From: the human T2T-CHM13v2.0 reference genome, Homo sapiens
Length of the DNA stretch: 64,000 nucleotides
Direction: 5' to 3' (one strand)
NCBI RefSeq assembly: GCF_009914755.1
Contig: NC_060938.1
The translations under genes were made by a program, and so were the position numbers. Shown here one piece after another: positions 1 to 12,720 of the stretch (its first letter is position 1; each line of letters starts with the position of its first letter). The notes beneath the pieces were generated by a model. It was not told the origin of the DNA, made no database searches, and saw only the letters and a list, made by a program, of their open reading frames with translations.

Positions 1-349
1 TTCCGAGACGCTGCTTGGGAGAGGGGAGGGAGACAAAGGGGGTGAGACGTGGCTTCATCTCTACACGCGCTCGCCCAGACGTTCGGGCATGCAGGAGGCG
101 GAGGGGTACCAGGCTCCCTGAACCTGCCACCAGGATGGGTGAGCTGCAGCACAGCATGGGGGGCAAAAAGCCCACCTTCCCTCTGCCACCAAGCTGCTGT
201 AGAGAAGGAGACATTTGAATGGGTGAGCCTGCCCTGCCAACCGGGGCAGTGAAGGTCCTCAAGGGAGCTGCTTGACAGCAGCCGCCACTTCCCATGCAAT
301 AACTTGTCTCTTCTGTAAGCCTCAAACATTCCTGCGCAGCTGCTCTCAT

Positions 350-445
350 GTGGTCCCCGTTTTACAGGTAAGGAGTCTGAGGCACAGAGAGCTTAGGAAC
401 ATGGCCGCTCAGTGAAACGCCAGGATTTGAACACGTGACGGCTGA
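350..445 (-). mobile_element. MIR SINE fragment
   Basis: ccccgttttacag..tgaggcacagagag..caggatttgaac resembles the reverse-complemented MIR core. Confidence 0.7.
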
Positions 446-633
446 GGTGCTGTGTGGTGCACCTCCCACTGTTCTGCAGCGTCCTGGGGGCATGTGCTCT
501 TCAGCCAGGCGGGGGGTCTCAATGCTCCAAACCCCCCTCCAGGAACTACTCTGGCCTCCCAGCTTTCCTCACCCCATGCCCCCACCCAGAACATCTCGCG
601 CAGCTTGGAATCCCTCAAGGCCTGGCTCTCAAC

Positions 634-840
634 CAGTGGTTCTCAGCCCGGGGTGATGGCTCCCAGGGGACATCCCGCAATGCCTGGAGATGTTTTTGAT
701 TGCCACGACTGAGGGGGAGGGGCTGCTGGCACCCAGCGGGCAGAGGCCAGGGGCACTGCTCCACATCCTGCCATGCACGGGACAGCCCCAGATCACACAA
801 TGACCCGGCTCAGAGTGGCAACACTGCCAGGGGCAGAGGC
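634..840 (+). mobile_element. MER20 (hAT-Charlie DNA transposon)
   Basis: cagtggttctc...ggggacat...ctggagatgtttttgattgccacgactg...agaggccaggg...ggacagcccc follows the MER20 consensus. Confidence 0.85.
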
Positions 841-944
841 CATTGGGGGGCCTGTGTGACTACCCCACACTGATCCTATCTTGACCTTTCTCCCACAGAA
901 GACAGAGAAGAGTTTCAGCAACAGGAGGGCTCTGCCAACAAGCC

Positions 945-1050
945 CCTCTGAGTGACCTTGGACAATGTCAGTTCTGTACTTGGGGCCTCAGTTTGCCTAT
1001 CTGTACAACAGGGATCATGGTACCCACTTCATGAGGTTGTGAGGACCAAG
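945..1050 (+). mobile_element. MIR fragment
   Basis: gtgaccttggac...gcctcagtttgcctatctgtac...ttgtgagga. Confidence 0.7.
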
Positions 1051-1289
1051 TTTATTAGCGCTGTCCTTGCCATACCATGTGGGGTTGTGGGAATGGTGTG
1101 GGGAGGGGCTGCTGTAGTTATTCGTCAGGCACTAGGCAGCCAGGGAGAGCATGCAAGCAGGTGACAGCAAGAAGGAAGAACAGCTATGACGAGGCCTCTA
1201 TGGGATAAAGCATCCAAACACCTTGGCACGGGCCAAAGACCTTGGCACATCGTAAGTGCTCAATAGATGCAGCCGTGGCTATGATTGCT

Positions 1290-1400
1290 CATTTTGGACA
1301 AGTTACTGGACTACCCTGTAAAATGGAGATAATAACTCCCTCCTGGGGCTGTTGAAGAGACAATGAAGCCTGTGCACGCCAGGTGCAAAAAAGTTGTGTA
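1290..1400 (+). mobile_element. MIR fragment
   Basis: ttggacaagttact...ctgtaaaatggagataataa...ggctgttgaaga. Confidence 0.6.
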
Positions 1401-2534
1401 GTAAACAGACTAATCTGTTCTTCCAATTTACAGCACATCACGGCCATGCACAGAGGCCCTGCAGATGGGCGGAGTGCCTTTCGCAATCCTCACAAAGCCA
1501 AGCGCCTTTAGACAAGTAGACCCGGCACCTGCAGAGGCTGGGAGGAGGCAGCCGGAGTCAGAGCTTGGGGCAGCAGAGAAGGTGGATCCCACCTGAACCC
1601 CAGGGGTTATGTGTGTGTGTGCCATGGGGTCACACACTAAGCGCTGGGACAGCATGGTCACGTGGCAGAGAGGGACTGGCTACCCTGGGTTCTCTCTGTT
1701 ACCACTGGGAGGATCATTTGAGAGCAAAGGTCCCCATCCACTGTCCGGGAGGCCAGGAGAGGGAGGGTGGCAGGAGGCCTCACACTTTGCAACTTTGCTC
1801 CAGTTTTGTGCAGAGGGAAGAAGACCTTGGCACCCATCTGCTCCCATGCCCCAGGTGTCATTTCCCAAGAAGCCCAGCGTCTCACAGCCGTCTCGGCACC
1901 AGAGGACAGCCGCAGCCCCATGGGTGGCAGGCTCTGGAGGCTTCTCTGATGCTCCCTGGTCTAGAAATCTCTTGCCCAACCTTTTATATAAGTGACCTCC
2001 CGAGATGCTTTACATGCACTTGCTCATTCTTGGTCTGAGCTGACCTCTGCTCTCTGGGAAACCCCTTCTCCTCCTTGCCCAAGGATTCCTTTTCTCCATG
2101 GCTCAGATTCTTTCTAACTGCAAGCGTCCTTGGCTCACATCAGCCACGCAATCTCACTCCATCAGCTTGAGCGAGCCCCTGTGGATCTTTAAACCAGATG
2201 AAAAAACATCTTTCCTCTCTTGAGCCAAGTGAGGCGGCCCAGCCAACTGGCCCACCCTCCGACCACACAATGGCAAGCCCTGCCCCACTGACGGTGTGTA
2301 GAGGAGCCAGCCCTCAGACGGCCCCTGCCTGCCCCTCCAGCCCCAACGCTGCCGACTCCCACGGCCCACTGCCACTCCTTACTCCTGGCGTGGCCCAGCC
2401 CCGCTTGGTGGTTTCGCTCCTTTCCCCATCTTTCAACACCTCCCAGAAACACAACCTCATTACATGGCCTCATGCTGGTTCACTTGAGAAATAAAACTCA
2501 GAAACAAATTAAATGGCAATTTCTTTTTAAACAG

Positions 2535-2793
2535 GAGAGGGGCCAGGCTTCAGGAATACCAGGCCAACGTCCTTCGGTTCCGACTCTTTGGGGCCACTTC
2601 CCCCATCGGCTCTGGCGGTATTAAAGTCAAGGCCTCCATGTGGTTTTTCACCAGCAGTGATTTTGCATTTAATTTCCTTTGTTTTTCCTCCCCTCATGTT
2701 TGCTCTGACCCAAGTCCCTTTTATCAAGACTTTGGTAATAAAATGCAAAACCCTCTTTGGGACCATGCGCCAAGCAGCATGCAACTACTACAG
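2535..2793 (+). other. Candidate spliced exon (lncRNA or unknown), 259 bp
   Basis: Acceptor tttctttttaaacAG ends at 2534; perfect donor CAG|GTAAGT with GT at 2794-2795; unique non-repeat sequence; no recognised protein. Confidence 0.3.
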
Positions 2794-3787
2794 GTAAGTG
2801 GCAGGCCAAGTCTTGTAGAGGCCCTCCCCCACCCAAATTCTTGGGCTCCTCCACCACCCCCTGCCACCATGCTGACCAGGGAGGCACAGACGGGCATCAG
2901 GGCACAGAGTGAGTAACCTGCTCCAGCCGGCACAAACCGGTGGTCTCCCCAATACATGCCCGCAGAGACTCAAATAAAACTGCCAAGCTCACTCTAACTA
3001 GGGACTTAAATCCAATTCTCTCACAGGTCCCAGAGGCCACCAATTAACATACCATGTCCTGCCCCACCATGCCCCGCTTCTCAGCTGCTCCAAAACACAT
3101 AACCCAGGGCTCCAAAGAGCTAGTCCCAATTACACACCAAATTAAGTTTAAGCTATATATATATAGGGCTGGTGCCTATAACTAAAATAGAAAAATAAAA
3201 CCGCTCTAGTTTTGCTGTGAGTTATTCTGTCTAACCTCAGTGCTAAACCTCAGCCCACCTTGATTTATGACAGGTGACGCCAGCCAGCCATTAAAAACAC
3301 AAGCTTAGAAAGGGATTTTAACATTCACCCAGATGGGCAGGCCAGGGTGACAGGACCAATCCAGGCAGACTGCCCTGAAGCGCCCGGCTGAAATTGAGAC
3401 AAGGATTGAAATAGTACTGAACACATCACTCACACACCCAGTTAGCAGACATTGATGACTATACTCAGGCATAAATACTAAGACATAGACCTCATGGGCT
3501 TCCTTTGGCAGGTTTGAGAAGAAGGAATGAACGCAGGGAAGGAAGGAGATGGGTAAGAAAATGAAGAAGGAAGGAAGAGAGGGAGGGAAGGAAGGAAAGA
3601 TGGAATGGAGATAGAAAAGTATTCGCTTTTTACATTCTATAAGGATTCAGCTTCTGGGCCCCTGACCATGATCCCTGGAGGACTAAACTCTCTGTTGAGA
3701 ACCACAGATTTTGGCGGTTTCTTTTAATCCCAATGTTTTTGTGAAAGTGTTCCGGTTTCTGAATATAAACTCGAGCAACATCTAAAG

Positions 3788-4041
3788 CAGTGTTTTCCAA
3801 GCCATATTCTACAGAGTATGAGTTCTAAAATGCCCCTCCAAAAAGGAAGAGCTTGCTAAGTTTGGAACATATTACACAGTCTGCCCCCTTGCATCATTTA
3901 TGATCAGTAAATGAGAGGCTCTGATAAGCCCTGCAATGAAGAAATTGGTTTAACTTTGTTTAAACTAAGTGCATTTGAACCCAGACCCCATTTCTGTGTA
4001 AAATGAATCGCAACGTTCTTACAGAATCCTGCTTTGGAAAT
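3788..4041. mobile_element. Old hAT-Charlie-type MITE (MER103/MER112-like)
   Basis: Starts cagtgttttccaa and ends tttggaaa (terminal inverted repeat-like); internal gaggctctgataagccctgcaatgaagaaa resembles this group. Confidence 0.5.
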
Positions 4042-4413
4042 AGTCATGTGCCATATAATGACATTTCAACGATGGACCACATACACAATGGTGTTCCCAT
4101 GGGATTATAATGGAGCTGTCTTATACAGGTATACCATTCATTATCTTTTATATCTATTTTTTACTGTGCCTCTTCTATGTTTAGATATTGTTTAGATGTG
4201 AAAACACTGTTGTGTTACAATTACCTGCAGTATTCAGTACAGTAACAAGCTATACAGGAGTCTAGGAGCAATAGGCTGCACCATAGATCTGAGGTGTGTA
4301 GTAGGCTGTACCATCCAGTTTTGTGTAAGCACACTCGACAATGTTTGTACAACAAAATCGCCTAACAGTGCAATTCTCAGGATGTATTCCTGTTGTGAAG
4401 CGATGTAGGACTG
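4042..4413 (+). mobile_element. Tigger3a (TcMar-Tigger)
   Basis: agtcatgtgccatataatgac...gtattcagtacagtaac...ctaggagcaataggct...aaatcgcctaac...gactg matches the consensus end to end. Confidence 0.85.
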
Positions 4414-4454
4414 CACAGAGAAATGTTCATAAATCAGGGGAAGATGACCCACTG

Positions 4455-4872
4455 GTGCTCACAGCCAGCCATGTGCTTACCAAACCCTACTTCCTTCTCC
4501 TTTCTGGCACACAGCGGTGCTACATCTCCCAGCCTCCTATGCAGGGAATGGTGTGGCATGACCAAGTTCCAGCTAGTAGAACATGGGTGGGTTCCAGGTA
4601 TACCACTTCCAGACATGGCCCCAAACAAAATCCCACACAACCCTCCATGCCTCGTGACCACTGCATGGAAGGACTCCATGGACCTGGAGGGGAGACAGAA
4701 CCATAAAAGGAAAGGAGTCTGGGGTCCCATGTCTCCCCATGGACAAGGATCACCCAGTAAAGCCATCCAAGGAGGAATACCCTTGCTGGACTGTTGAGTG
4801 AGAAATAAATATTCACTGAGTTAAGCCACAGTCACGTGGGGTGGTAATTACAGCAGCTGCCCACCCTGGCTA
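4455..4872 (+). mobile_element. MLT1 (I/J-like) MaLR solo LTR
   Basis: tacatctcccagcctcc...catgaccaagttc...gagaaataaat...ttaagccac...ttacagcagc are typical MLT1 LTR motifs. Confidence 0.65.
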
Positions 4873-4934
4873 AAGCCCGCCTTGACTAAGAACTAGGCAA
4901 AGCGCAAGGAAGGAAGGGAGGAAATCAACCTTTA

Positions 4935-5050
4935 TAAAGCCTCGTAATTCTCCCAACCACTTCAACAGGTGAGTGGCCATGTTTCCTATGTAGATGAGGA
5001 AACTGAGTCTCAGAGAGGGGAAGTGATTGGCCTCAGTAGCTGGTGGTACA
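4935..5050 (-). mobile_element. MIR fragment
   Basis: agatgaggaaactgagtctcagagaggggaagtgattgg. Confidence 0.7.
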
Positions 5051-5443
5051 GCCAGGAGAGGAGTCTATTCTAGTCACTGTGAGCCAAGCCCCTCCATGGC
5101 ACCTTGCCGGGCTGCTTGAACCCCTTCAAAGCAAACATCTTGGAGAAGGCCCTTTGTGAAGTATCTGTTTCATGCCTGGATTGGCTCAAGTGCGGAAGAA
5201 AGGTGTGATCTGTTGTGTTGTCCCTTAGGAACAGAGCTTGACAGGCCTAGCAAGAAGAATTAGCTTGACCTCTTGTGTTCAGCTATTTAAAAAAAAAAAG
5301 TGAAAAACACACAACCTCATACAAATGACCCTGATTTGCATTTTTAAGCCCATCTGTCTTTAATAAAACCCCACACTCACCCTGTAAACATCCGTGTTTT
5401 TAAGTGCATGGAAAGGCCAATCAGCTGGGAGATGATCTAGTAT

Positions 5444-5556
5444 TATGGTGACCAACTGTCCGGATTTGCCTGGGACTGAAGGGCCTCCTGGGGCATGGGA
5501 CATTTGGGGCTCAAACTGGGAAAGTCCTAGGTAAACCAGGACAAGTGGGCCACTCT
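5444..5556 (+). mobile_element. MER81 (hAT-Blackjack)
   Basis: ggtgaccaactgtccggatttgcctgggactga...gggaaagtcctaggtaaaccaggacaagt follows the MER81 consensus. Confidence 0.8.
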
Positions 5557-6414
5557 GGCTAGGAGTCAGCTACTATGTCCAGGAGAGCATGCCCCAGGGG
5601 GAAAGCAGCTGGGACAGGCAGAACTGGATTCACATGAAAAACAAAGAGAAAGGCAAGGCGGTTAATATTTGCTTTCAATGCAAGGGGCAAAACAAACCCA
5701 GAAATTCCCATTTGCAACTTCTACCTGCCAACAAAAAGTGACAACAGCATGAACTGAAGTTTCTACCCTGAGCAGGAGAGGTAAAGACTGGAAACTATGA
5801 TGAAGAAAGGCAAGAGGTGTCAAGTTCTCCTGGAGCTGGAAGTGTCACCAACATTTTGTGTTAATTAGCACAAGAGAGACCAGAGGCTGCGTAAGCTGGA
5901 GCCAGGAGACTGAGCTATGACAATGTGACAATACCAATGCTGCAGACACCAACTGATCCTTCTGAAATGCATTCATTTGAAAACAAACAAAAGTTATCTA
6001 TATATACAAACTGTCTAAATGTATACACTCATGCACGCCTGTGTGTGTGCGTGTGTGTATATGGAACACACACGCACGCACACTCTCGCCGTAATGTCAA
6101 CCACCTTCAACCTTTTCAAGGAAGTCTGGTCACCAGAGTACCCGAAGGGATTTTTGTTATTACAAGGTCTCCCTAATGCCACAGACCCAATAGCTCAGAC
6201 CTCAAGAACCAGACTGTGACATTGAGGTCGAAGTTGGATCATTGTTCCTGGGCAGAAACCCTGTAGGTTACAAACGCCAGTTCTGCAATCTTAAAAAACC
6301 CACTTGGATTACACCTGTGATTCTCAGTCCTGGGTGCACATGATGGTCATCTGGGGAAATTTGAAAAAAAAAAATTGAGGTGCCTGGGTCCCATTCTAGA
6401 CTAAGTGAATTTGA

Positions 6415-7076
<662 letters not shown>

Positions 7077-7149
7077 TGGCATCTCTATTTTTAATGTACC
7101 CCAGGTGATTCTGACACTGAGCCAGGGCTGAGAACCACTGCCCTAAGCT

Positions 7150-7349
7150 AGAGGTTGGCAATTTTTTTTCTGTTAAGGGCCACATAGTAAATGTTGCAGA
7201 CTTTGAAGGCCCTATGGTCTTTGTCATATAGAGTCAAGTCATCATCATGGTGTGAAAGCTGCCAAAACACTGCATAAATGGGTATGGCTGTGTTATAACA
7301 AAACTTTCTTTGTATGATCAAGTGGTGGGCCTACTTTGCCAAACCCTGC
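7150..7349. mobile_element. MER58A (hAT-Charlie)
   Basis: ggttggcaa..ttttctgttaagggccacatagtaaat...ggctgtgttataacaaaacttt...tttgccaaaccctg. Confidence 0.8.
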
Positions 7350-8035
7350 TGTAGACTCCATAAGATTCACTGCCTGATTTAAGCAGGCATTTTAGATTCT
7401 TCTGGTGTCCTTACCGCTCATGGCCCAACTTTTAAGATTTTAAGATCCAGTTTTGGGCTTCAGAAGGAAAGATTTGTTTGCATTCTCTTTACTGTTATGA
7501 GAAAATCAAAGAGCAGTGGTGGATTGATGGGGTGATAGGTGTGTGTGTTGGGGGTAGGTCTGTGGGAACTAGAAAAGGCAGAAGTGTTTGTTACTTGCAA
7601 GTCAGGGAGCCCTACTTGAATTTTCTCCCGCCATCACCAAAACCAGTACTGAAAATCACATTTGGGCAACCATGCTTTTAAATAATTATTGCCTCTGTTT
7701 TCCTTCTTCAACAACTGACCTTTTCAAATCCAGTCCTAGCACTCACTCCTCCCTCACCTAACCCCTACTAAAATTTTTCCTTTGTTTGAAGAATCCAGGG
7801 GAGCATGGAGAAGAAAAATGATTCCTTGATTTTTTTTTCGGTAAAGTTTAAATAGAAATAGGTGAAAAAAAATCCAAGGTAAAATTTTTCAATAGATCAA
7901 ATTTTGTTCAAGGAGAGTAATCTCCTCTATTTTTTTTTTTTTTTTAGCACCAAAGAACCCAGAATTACTCTGCTTATTGGAGCACTCGACAATCCAGTTT
8001 TCTGACTGGAGAGGCCTTTCAGTAAAAGCAGCTTC

Positions 8036-8436
8036 TGATATGGTTTGGATTTGTGTCCCCACCCAAATCTCATGTCAAATTGTGATCCCTAATGTTGGAG
8101 GTGGGGCCTGGTGGGAGGTGATTGCACCACAGGGGTGATTTCTTTTGAATAGTTTAGCACCATTCCTTTGGTGCTGTTCTCTCAATAGAGTTCTCACGAG
8201 ATCTGGTTGTTTAAAGGCGTGTAGCACCTTCCCCCTCTCTCTTTTCCTCTTGCACCAGCCATGTAAGAGGTACTTGCTTCCCCTTCGCCTTCTACCATGA
8301 TTGTAAGATTCCTGTGGCCTCCCCAGCCATGCTTCCTATACAGCCTGCAGAACCATGAGCCAATTAAACCTCTTTTCTTTATAAATTACCCAATCTCAGG
8401 TATTTCTTTACAGTAGTGCGAGAACAGACTAATACA
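8036..8436 (+). mobile_element. MSTA-type MaLR solo LTR
   Basis: TGatatggtttgg...agactaataCA with 5-bp TSD GCTTC (8031-8035 and 8437-8441). Confidence 0.92.
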
Positions 8437-8444
8437 GCTTCTCA

Positions 8445-8710
8445 TCCAACACTGTCATCAAGGCAGTCAGCCAGAGTCTACTTGAATGCCTCCCGGGATG
8501 AGGTGCTCAGTACCTATTCAGGTAGCCTGTTCCACAGTTGGGCAGCTCTAGTAGCCTAATTTTCAGATACTGAACTGAAACCTGTCACCCTCACACTCCC
8601 AATTATTGGTCCTAGTTGTGCCCGTTGAGTTTTCTCCTTATCCACAAGACAAGCTTTGAGATACTGGAAACCTGATTGTGGGTGCCTCTGGTCAAACATT
8701 TCTAGTTCCT
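8445..8710 (-). mobile_element. L3/CR1 LINE fragment
   Basis: cttgaatgcctcc..gatgaggtgctcagtacc...gcagctct...ttggtcctagttgtgccc resembles the reverse-strand CR1/L3 3' region. Confidence 0.55.
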
Positions 8711-9000
8711 CCAAAACTTAACATCGCATAGAAAAACTAAGAACGCACAGAAACACTCTACATCAGATGATTCTGACAGGGAAGTCTTGAGAAATGTTTT
8801 TCAGGCTGCTAAAAAATCCAGTACAATGGAAGGTTTTGTTACTTTTGTTGAAAGACTACTATAATTCTTCCCTCTATATATGCTATGAAAACTGTTCTTT
8901 GACACAGGTTTGTTAGGGGTCAATTTTTACGTGAAGATGAACCCGTGCATCTATGCAGGAGATGAGAACACACTAGTGCGCTAAAAGAAGGACATATCAT

Positions 9001-9056
9001 ATCACTAACAGATCCCCTTCCAATGGGGATCACTAACAGATCCCCTTCCAATGGGG
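9001..9056. repeat. Exact 28-bp tandem duplication
   Basis: atcactaacagatccccttccaatgggg occurs at 9001-9028 and 9029-9056. Confidence 0.97.
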
Positions 9057-9103
9057 GCTGCTGCAAATATTCAGGATTTCCCCTTTGGGGCAACAGGAAT
9101 CTC

Positions 9104-9381
9104 ATAACCACCTACAGTTCCTTTTTCACTTTGCTGTCAGGAAATTCATCCTTGAACTTGAAGTCCACCTTTAGCATATATACACATATATGTGTATACA
9201 CACACACACACACACACACATAAGGATCTAAATCAATGAATATTTTCATGAAAATTTAGGTTCAAGGAAGGTTAATATCTAAATATTTGGGCCACATTCT
9301 CACTCATTTGCTAAAGGTGGACTTCAAGTTCAAGGATGAATTTCCTGACCGCAAAGTGAAAAAGGAACTGTAACTGGTTAT
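9104..9381. repeat. Long inverted repeat, 73-bp arms with 132-bp spacer
   Basis: 9104-9176 is the reverse complement of 9309-9381 at 70/73 positions; core 9113-9176 vs 9309-9372 is 63/64. Confidence 0.95.
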
Positions 9382-9491
9382 ATTATATATATATATATAT
9401 ATAATATATATATATATATTATATATATATATATTATATATATATATTATATATATATATATAATATATATATATATATTATATATATATA
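9378..9491. repeat. Interrupted (TA)n microsatellite, about 113 bp of pure A/T
   Basis: Read directly from the sequence. Confidence 0.97.
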
Positions 9492-9670
9492 GTTTTGTTT
9501 TGTTTTATTTTATTTTATGGGTCAGGTAAGCTACCTCAAATGTCCAAGAATGTAGAGTATAATAATGAACAAGTGAACACATGAATGAGTGAATGCATAA
9601 GTAGGCAGAATGTCTTATAAATCTTTGTATCTTGCCCCCTCCCAGTGCCTGGTGTGTAAGTACAGATGCG

Positions 9671-9672
9671 TG

Positions 9673-9706
<34 letters not shown>

Positions 9707-10152
9707 AGGTGGATGGGTGGGTAGATGGATGGATGGATAGGTAGATGGATGAATGGATAGGTGGATGGAGAGATGGATGGATGAATGGATGGGTGGGTGG
9801 ATGGATGGATGAATGAATGGATAGGTGGATGGGTGAGTGGGTGGATGGATGGATGGATGAATGGATAGGTAGATGGATAGATGGATGGGTGGGTGGGTGG
9901 GTGGATGGATGGATGGATGGATGGATGGATAGGTGGATGGATAAATGGATGGGTGGATGGATGGATGAATGAATGAATGGATAGGTGGGTGGGTGGTTGG
10001 ATTATTGGATGGATGGATGGATGGACGGATGGATGGATAGGTGGGTGGGTGGGTGGATTGCTGGATGGATGGATGCATGGATGGATGGATGGATGGATGG
10101 ACACACGGATGAATGGATGGATGGATGGATGGATGGATGGATGGATGGATGG
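9671..10152. repeat. (GGAT/GGGT/GAAT)n tetranucleotide simple repeat, about 480 bp
   Basis: Read directly; source of the HPSI/WMDG ORFs. Confidence 0.97.
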
Positions 10153-10210
10153 AAAGCCCACTCCCTTTTCTACTCTTTGCATTTGGCCTCCAAACGCACC
10201 ATGCCCATTA

Positions 10211-11064
<854 letters not shown>

Positions 11065-11914
11065 ATCCCTGCCCCCAAATTCTTATAGAGTTTAGATCAC
11101 TCATTTCCCAGCTGCAACCTTAACTGCTACTCTGTGAATCTAACCTCATCAATTCTAGGAACAAAATCTAGGTCTTCTCCCTCTTTGCACCTGCCCCCTG
11201 GACTCCCAGAGTTGCTGTTCACAGTACTGATCAGGCTGTTAATGTCAGTGACATCACCAGACAGAATTCACAGGCCAGAACCATGACAGCCTGGGTGAAG
11301 GTACTCAGGAATCAGTGTGGGACCCAGCAGTGTGCCAGCCCAAGGGGCCTTCTGAACATCCATCCCTGATTGGATGGGTCACTATGGCTATATTGGTGGA
11401 ATTCTGACCTGGAATGAAGTCCCTACATGGTGCTTTTCTGGCACTGAGCCACTGTGAAGGGATTTCACCCAGGCCAGCATTTTCTATGCCTAGGTTCAGG
11501 TATCCAGGGAACTTCCCTGGCTACATAATGAGCAGCAGATGTACACATGCTTGGCCAAGGCTCAGCCATCTTGGCATTTAAATGGTCAATTAAGGTGCTG
11601 CATCTGATTGGCCCCTGGGAAGAAAAGAGGTGCTGTGCCGCATGGTGCCATCAGGCATGAAGGAACCTCCCTGAGTCGAGAGGCTGCTGGTTGTCGGATC
11701 TCTGCTGCACAGCTCCATGTCTTTTGGGCTTCCTCTTTGCTCTGCACTGTGCACACTTCATCCTTTACTCTGACCCAGCCAACCCAGGAGACAGGCACTA
11801 TCATTATGGTGTGCACACCAGAAGGGTCTGCAGACCCACTTTTGTATAAGGATGTCTCCTCCCTTACCACTGATCCACGTGGTAAGAGCACTGGGACCCT
11901 GGCAGCCAACAATG

Positions 11915-12290
11915 TGGTCAATGGATCAGGGTTGCACCTGAATCCATTCCTTGGAAATTCAGAATGGGACTATGATTCTGGACTCCAACTGACTGGTCCT
12001 TCGAATCAAAGGGATGGTGTGCAGGCCATTAGCTGCTACGTGGACTGGAGAGCAAAGACTAGTGAGGAAGGAAGAAAGAGAGAGACATAGAGATGAGAGA
12101 AGAGGAGAGAGAGAAAAAGAGAGAGAAGGAGAGAGAGAGAAAGCATGCAAAAGAGAGACCTGTTCTGGCCAGTTCCTGAGGCCCCACTACACCCTAACCC
12201 TTGGGTTTATGCAACTCTGCTACTCTTAAAGTAAATCCAACTTTTTAATGGTGCTCTCATGGGTTTCTGTTGGTTACAATTAAAAGCAGC
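11915..12290 (+). mobile_element. Old MLT1-like LTR fragment with an embedded GA-rich tract
   Basis: ccagttcctgaggcc...taaatcc...gggtttctgttggttacaattaaaag is an MLT1-like 3' end. Confidence 0.35.
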
Positions 12291-12550
12291 TCAACTAATT
12301 TCTTCAATAAGCAAACTGCAAATGAAAAAAAAAAAAGAGGAAAGAGGGGAAAAGAAACTTGTCAAGAGAGGCTTAAGAGACACACCAGCTCGTTGCAATG
12401 TATGGGCTTTGATTCAGACAATTTTTTAAAATATTTTAAAAAATCATTGTATTCTGAAAGTTTGAAAACATAACTAAAATTCTTAAGAAAATATAAAATG
12501 CCAAAATTAGGGCAAGAAGAATTGGGAAATTTTAAATAAACCAATGAATG
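12290..12550 (+). mobile_element. Old L1M fragments
   Basis: gaggcttaagagacacacc..tgcaatgtatggg (L1ME 3' end-like) and aaattcttaagaaaatataaaatgccaaaatt..caagaagaa (ORF2-like). Confidence 0.45.
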
Positions 12551-12589
12551 TTAAAAACAGCAACATAGAGACCTTGACTCAAATATTTC

Positions 12590-12720
12590 TGATCCCCATC
12601 TTGCAGCTGTGCTAACCAAGGCACAGAGACGTTAGGTTACCCATCGAAGAAATGAGAGCGAGGTTTGAACCCCAGGCCTGGCCCTAAAGCTCACATCCCT
12701 AACCATTACACAGTACTGTC
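12590..12720 (-). mobile_element. MIR fragment
   Basis: ccccatcttgcag..aaggcacagagacgttagg..tttgaacccaggc..cctaaccattacac. Confidence 0.6.

Noticed and set aside
1-110. CpG cluster at the window edge (about 9 CpGs)
   Set aside because: Too short, and cut by the window boundary, to call a CpG island or promoter.
870-898. Strong-looking splice acceptor (ttgacctttctcccacAG); another ends at 15684
   Set aside because: No convincing paired donor; isolated acceptor-like motifs are common.
9262-9373. Peptide-like frame ending LKVDFKFKDEFPDRKVKKEL-stop in the right arm of the inverted repeat
   Set aside because: Only about 36 codons between stops, no ATG, weak acceptor and no protein I recognise; a TBLASTN search would settle a pseudogene origin.
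11070-11910. Segment possibly derived from an old LTR or ERVL internal region, overlapping 160-aa ORF 11608-12090
   Set aside because: I could not match it to a family or protein with confidence.
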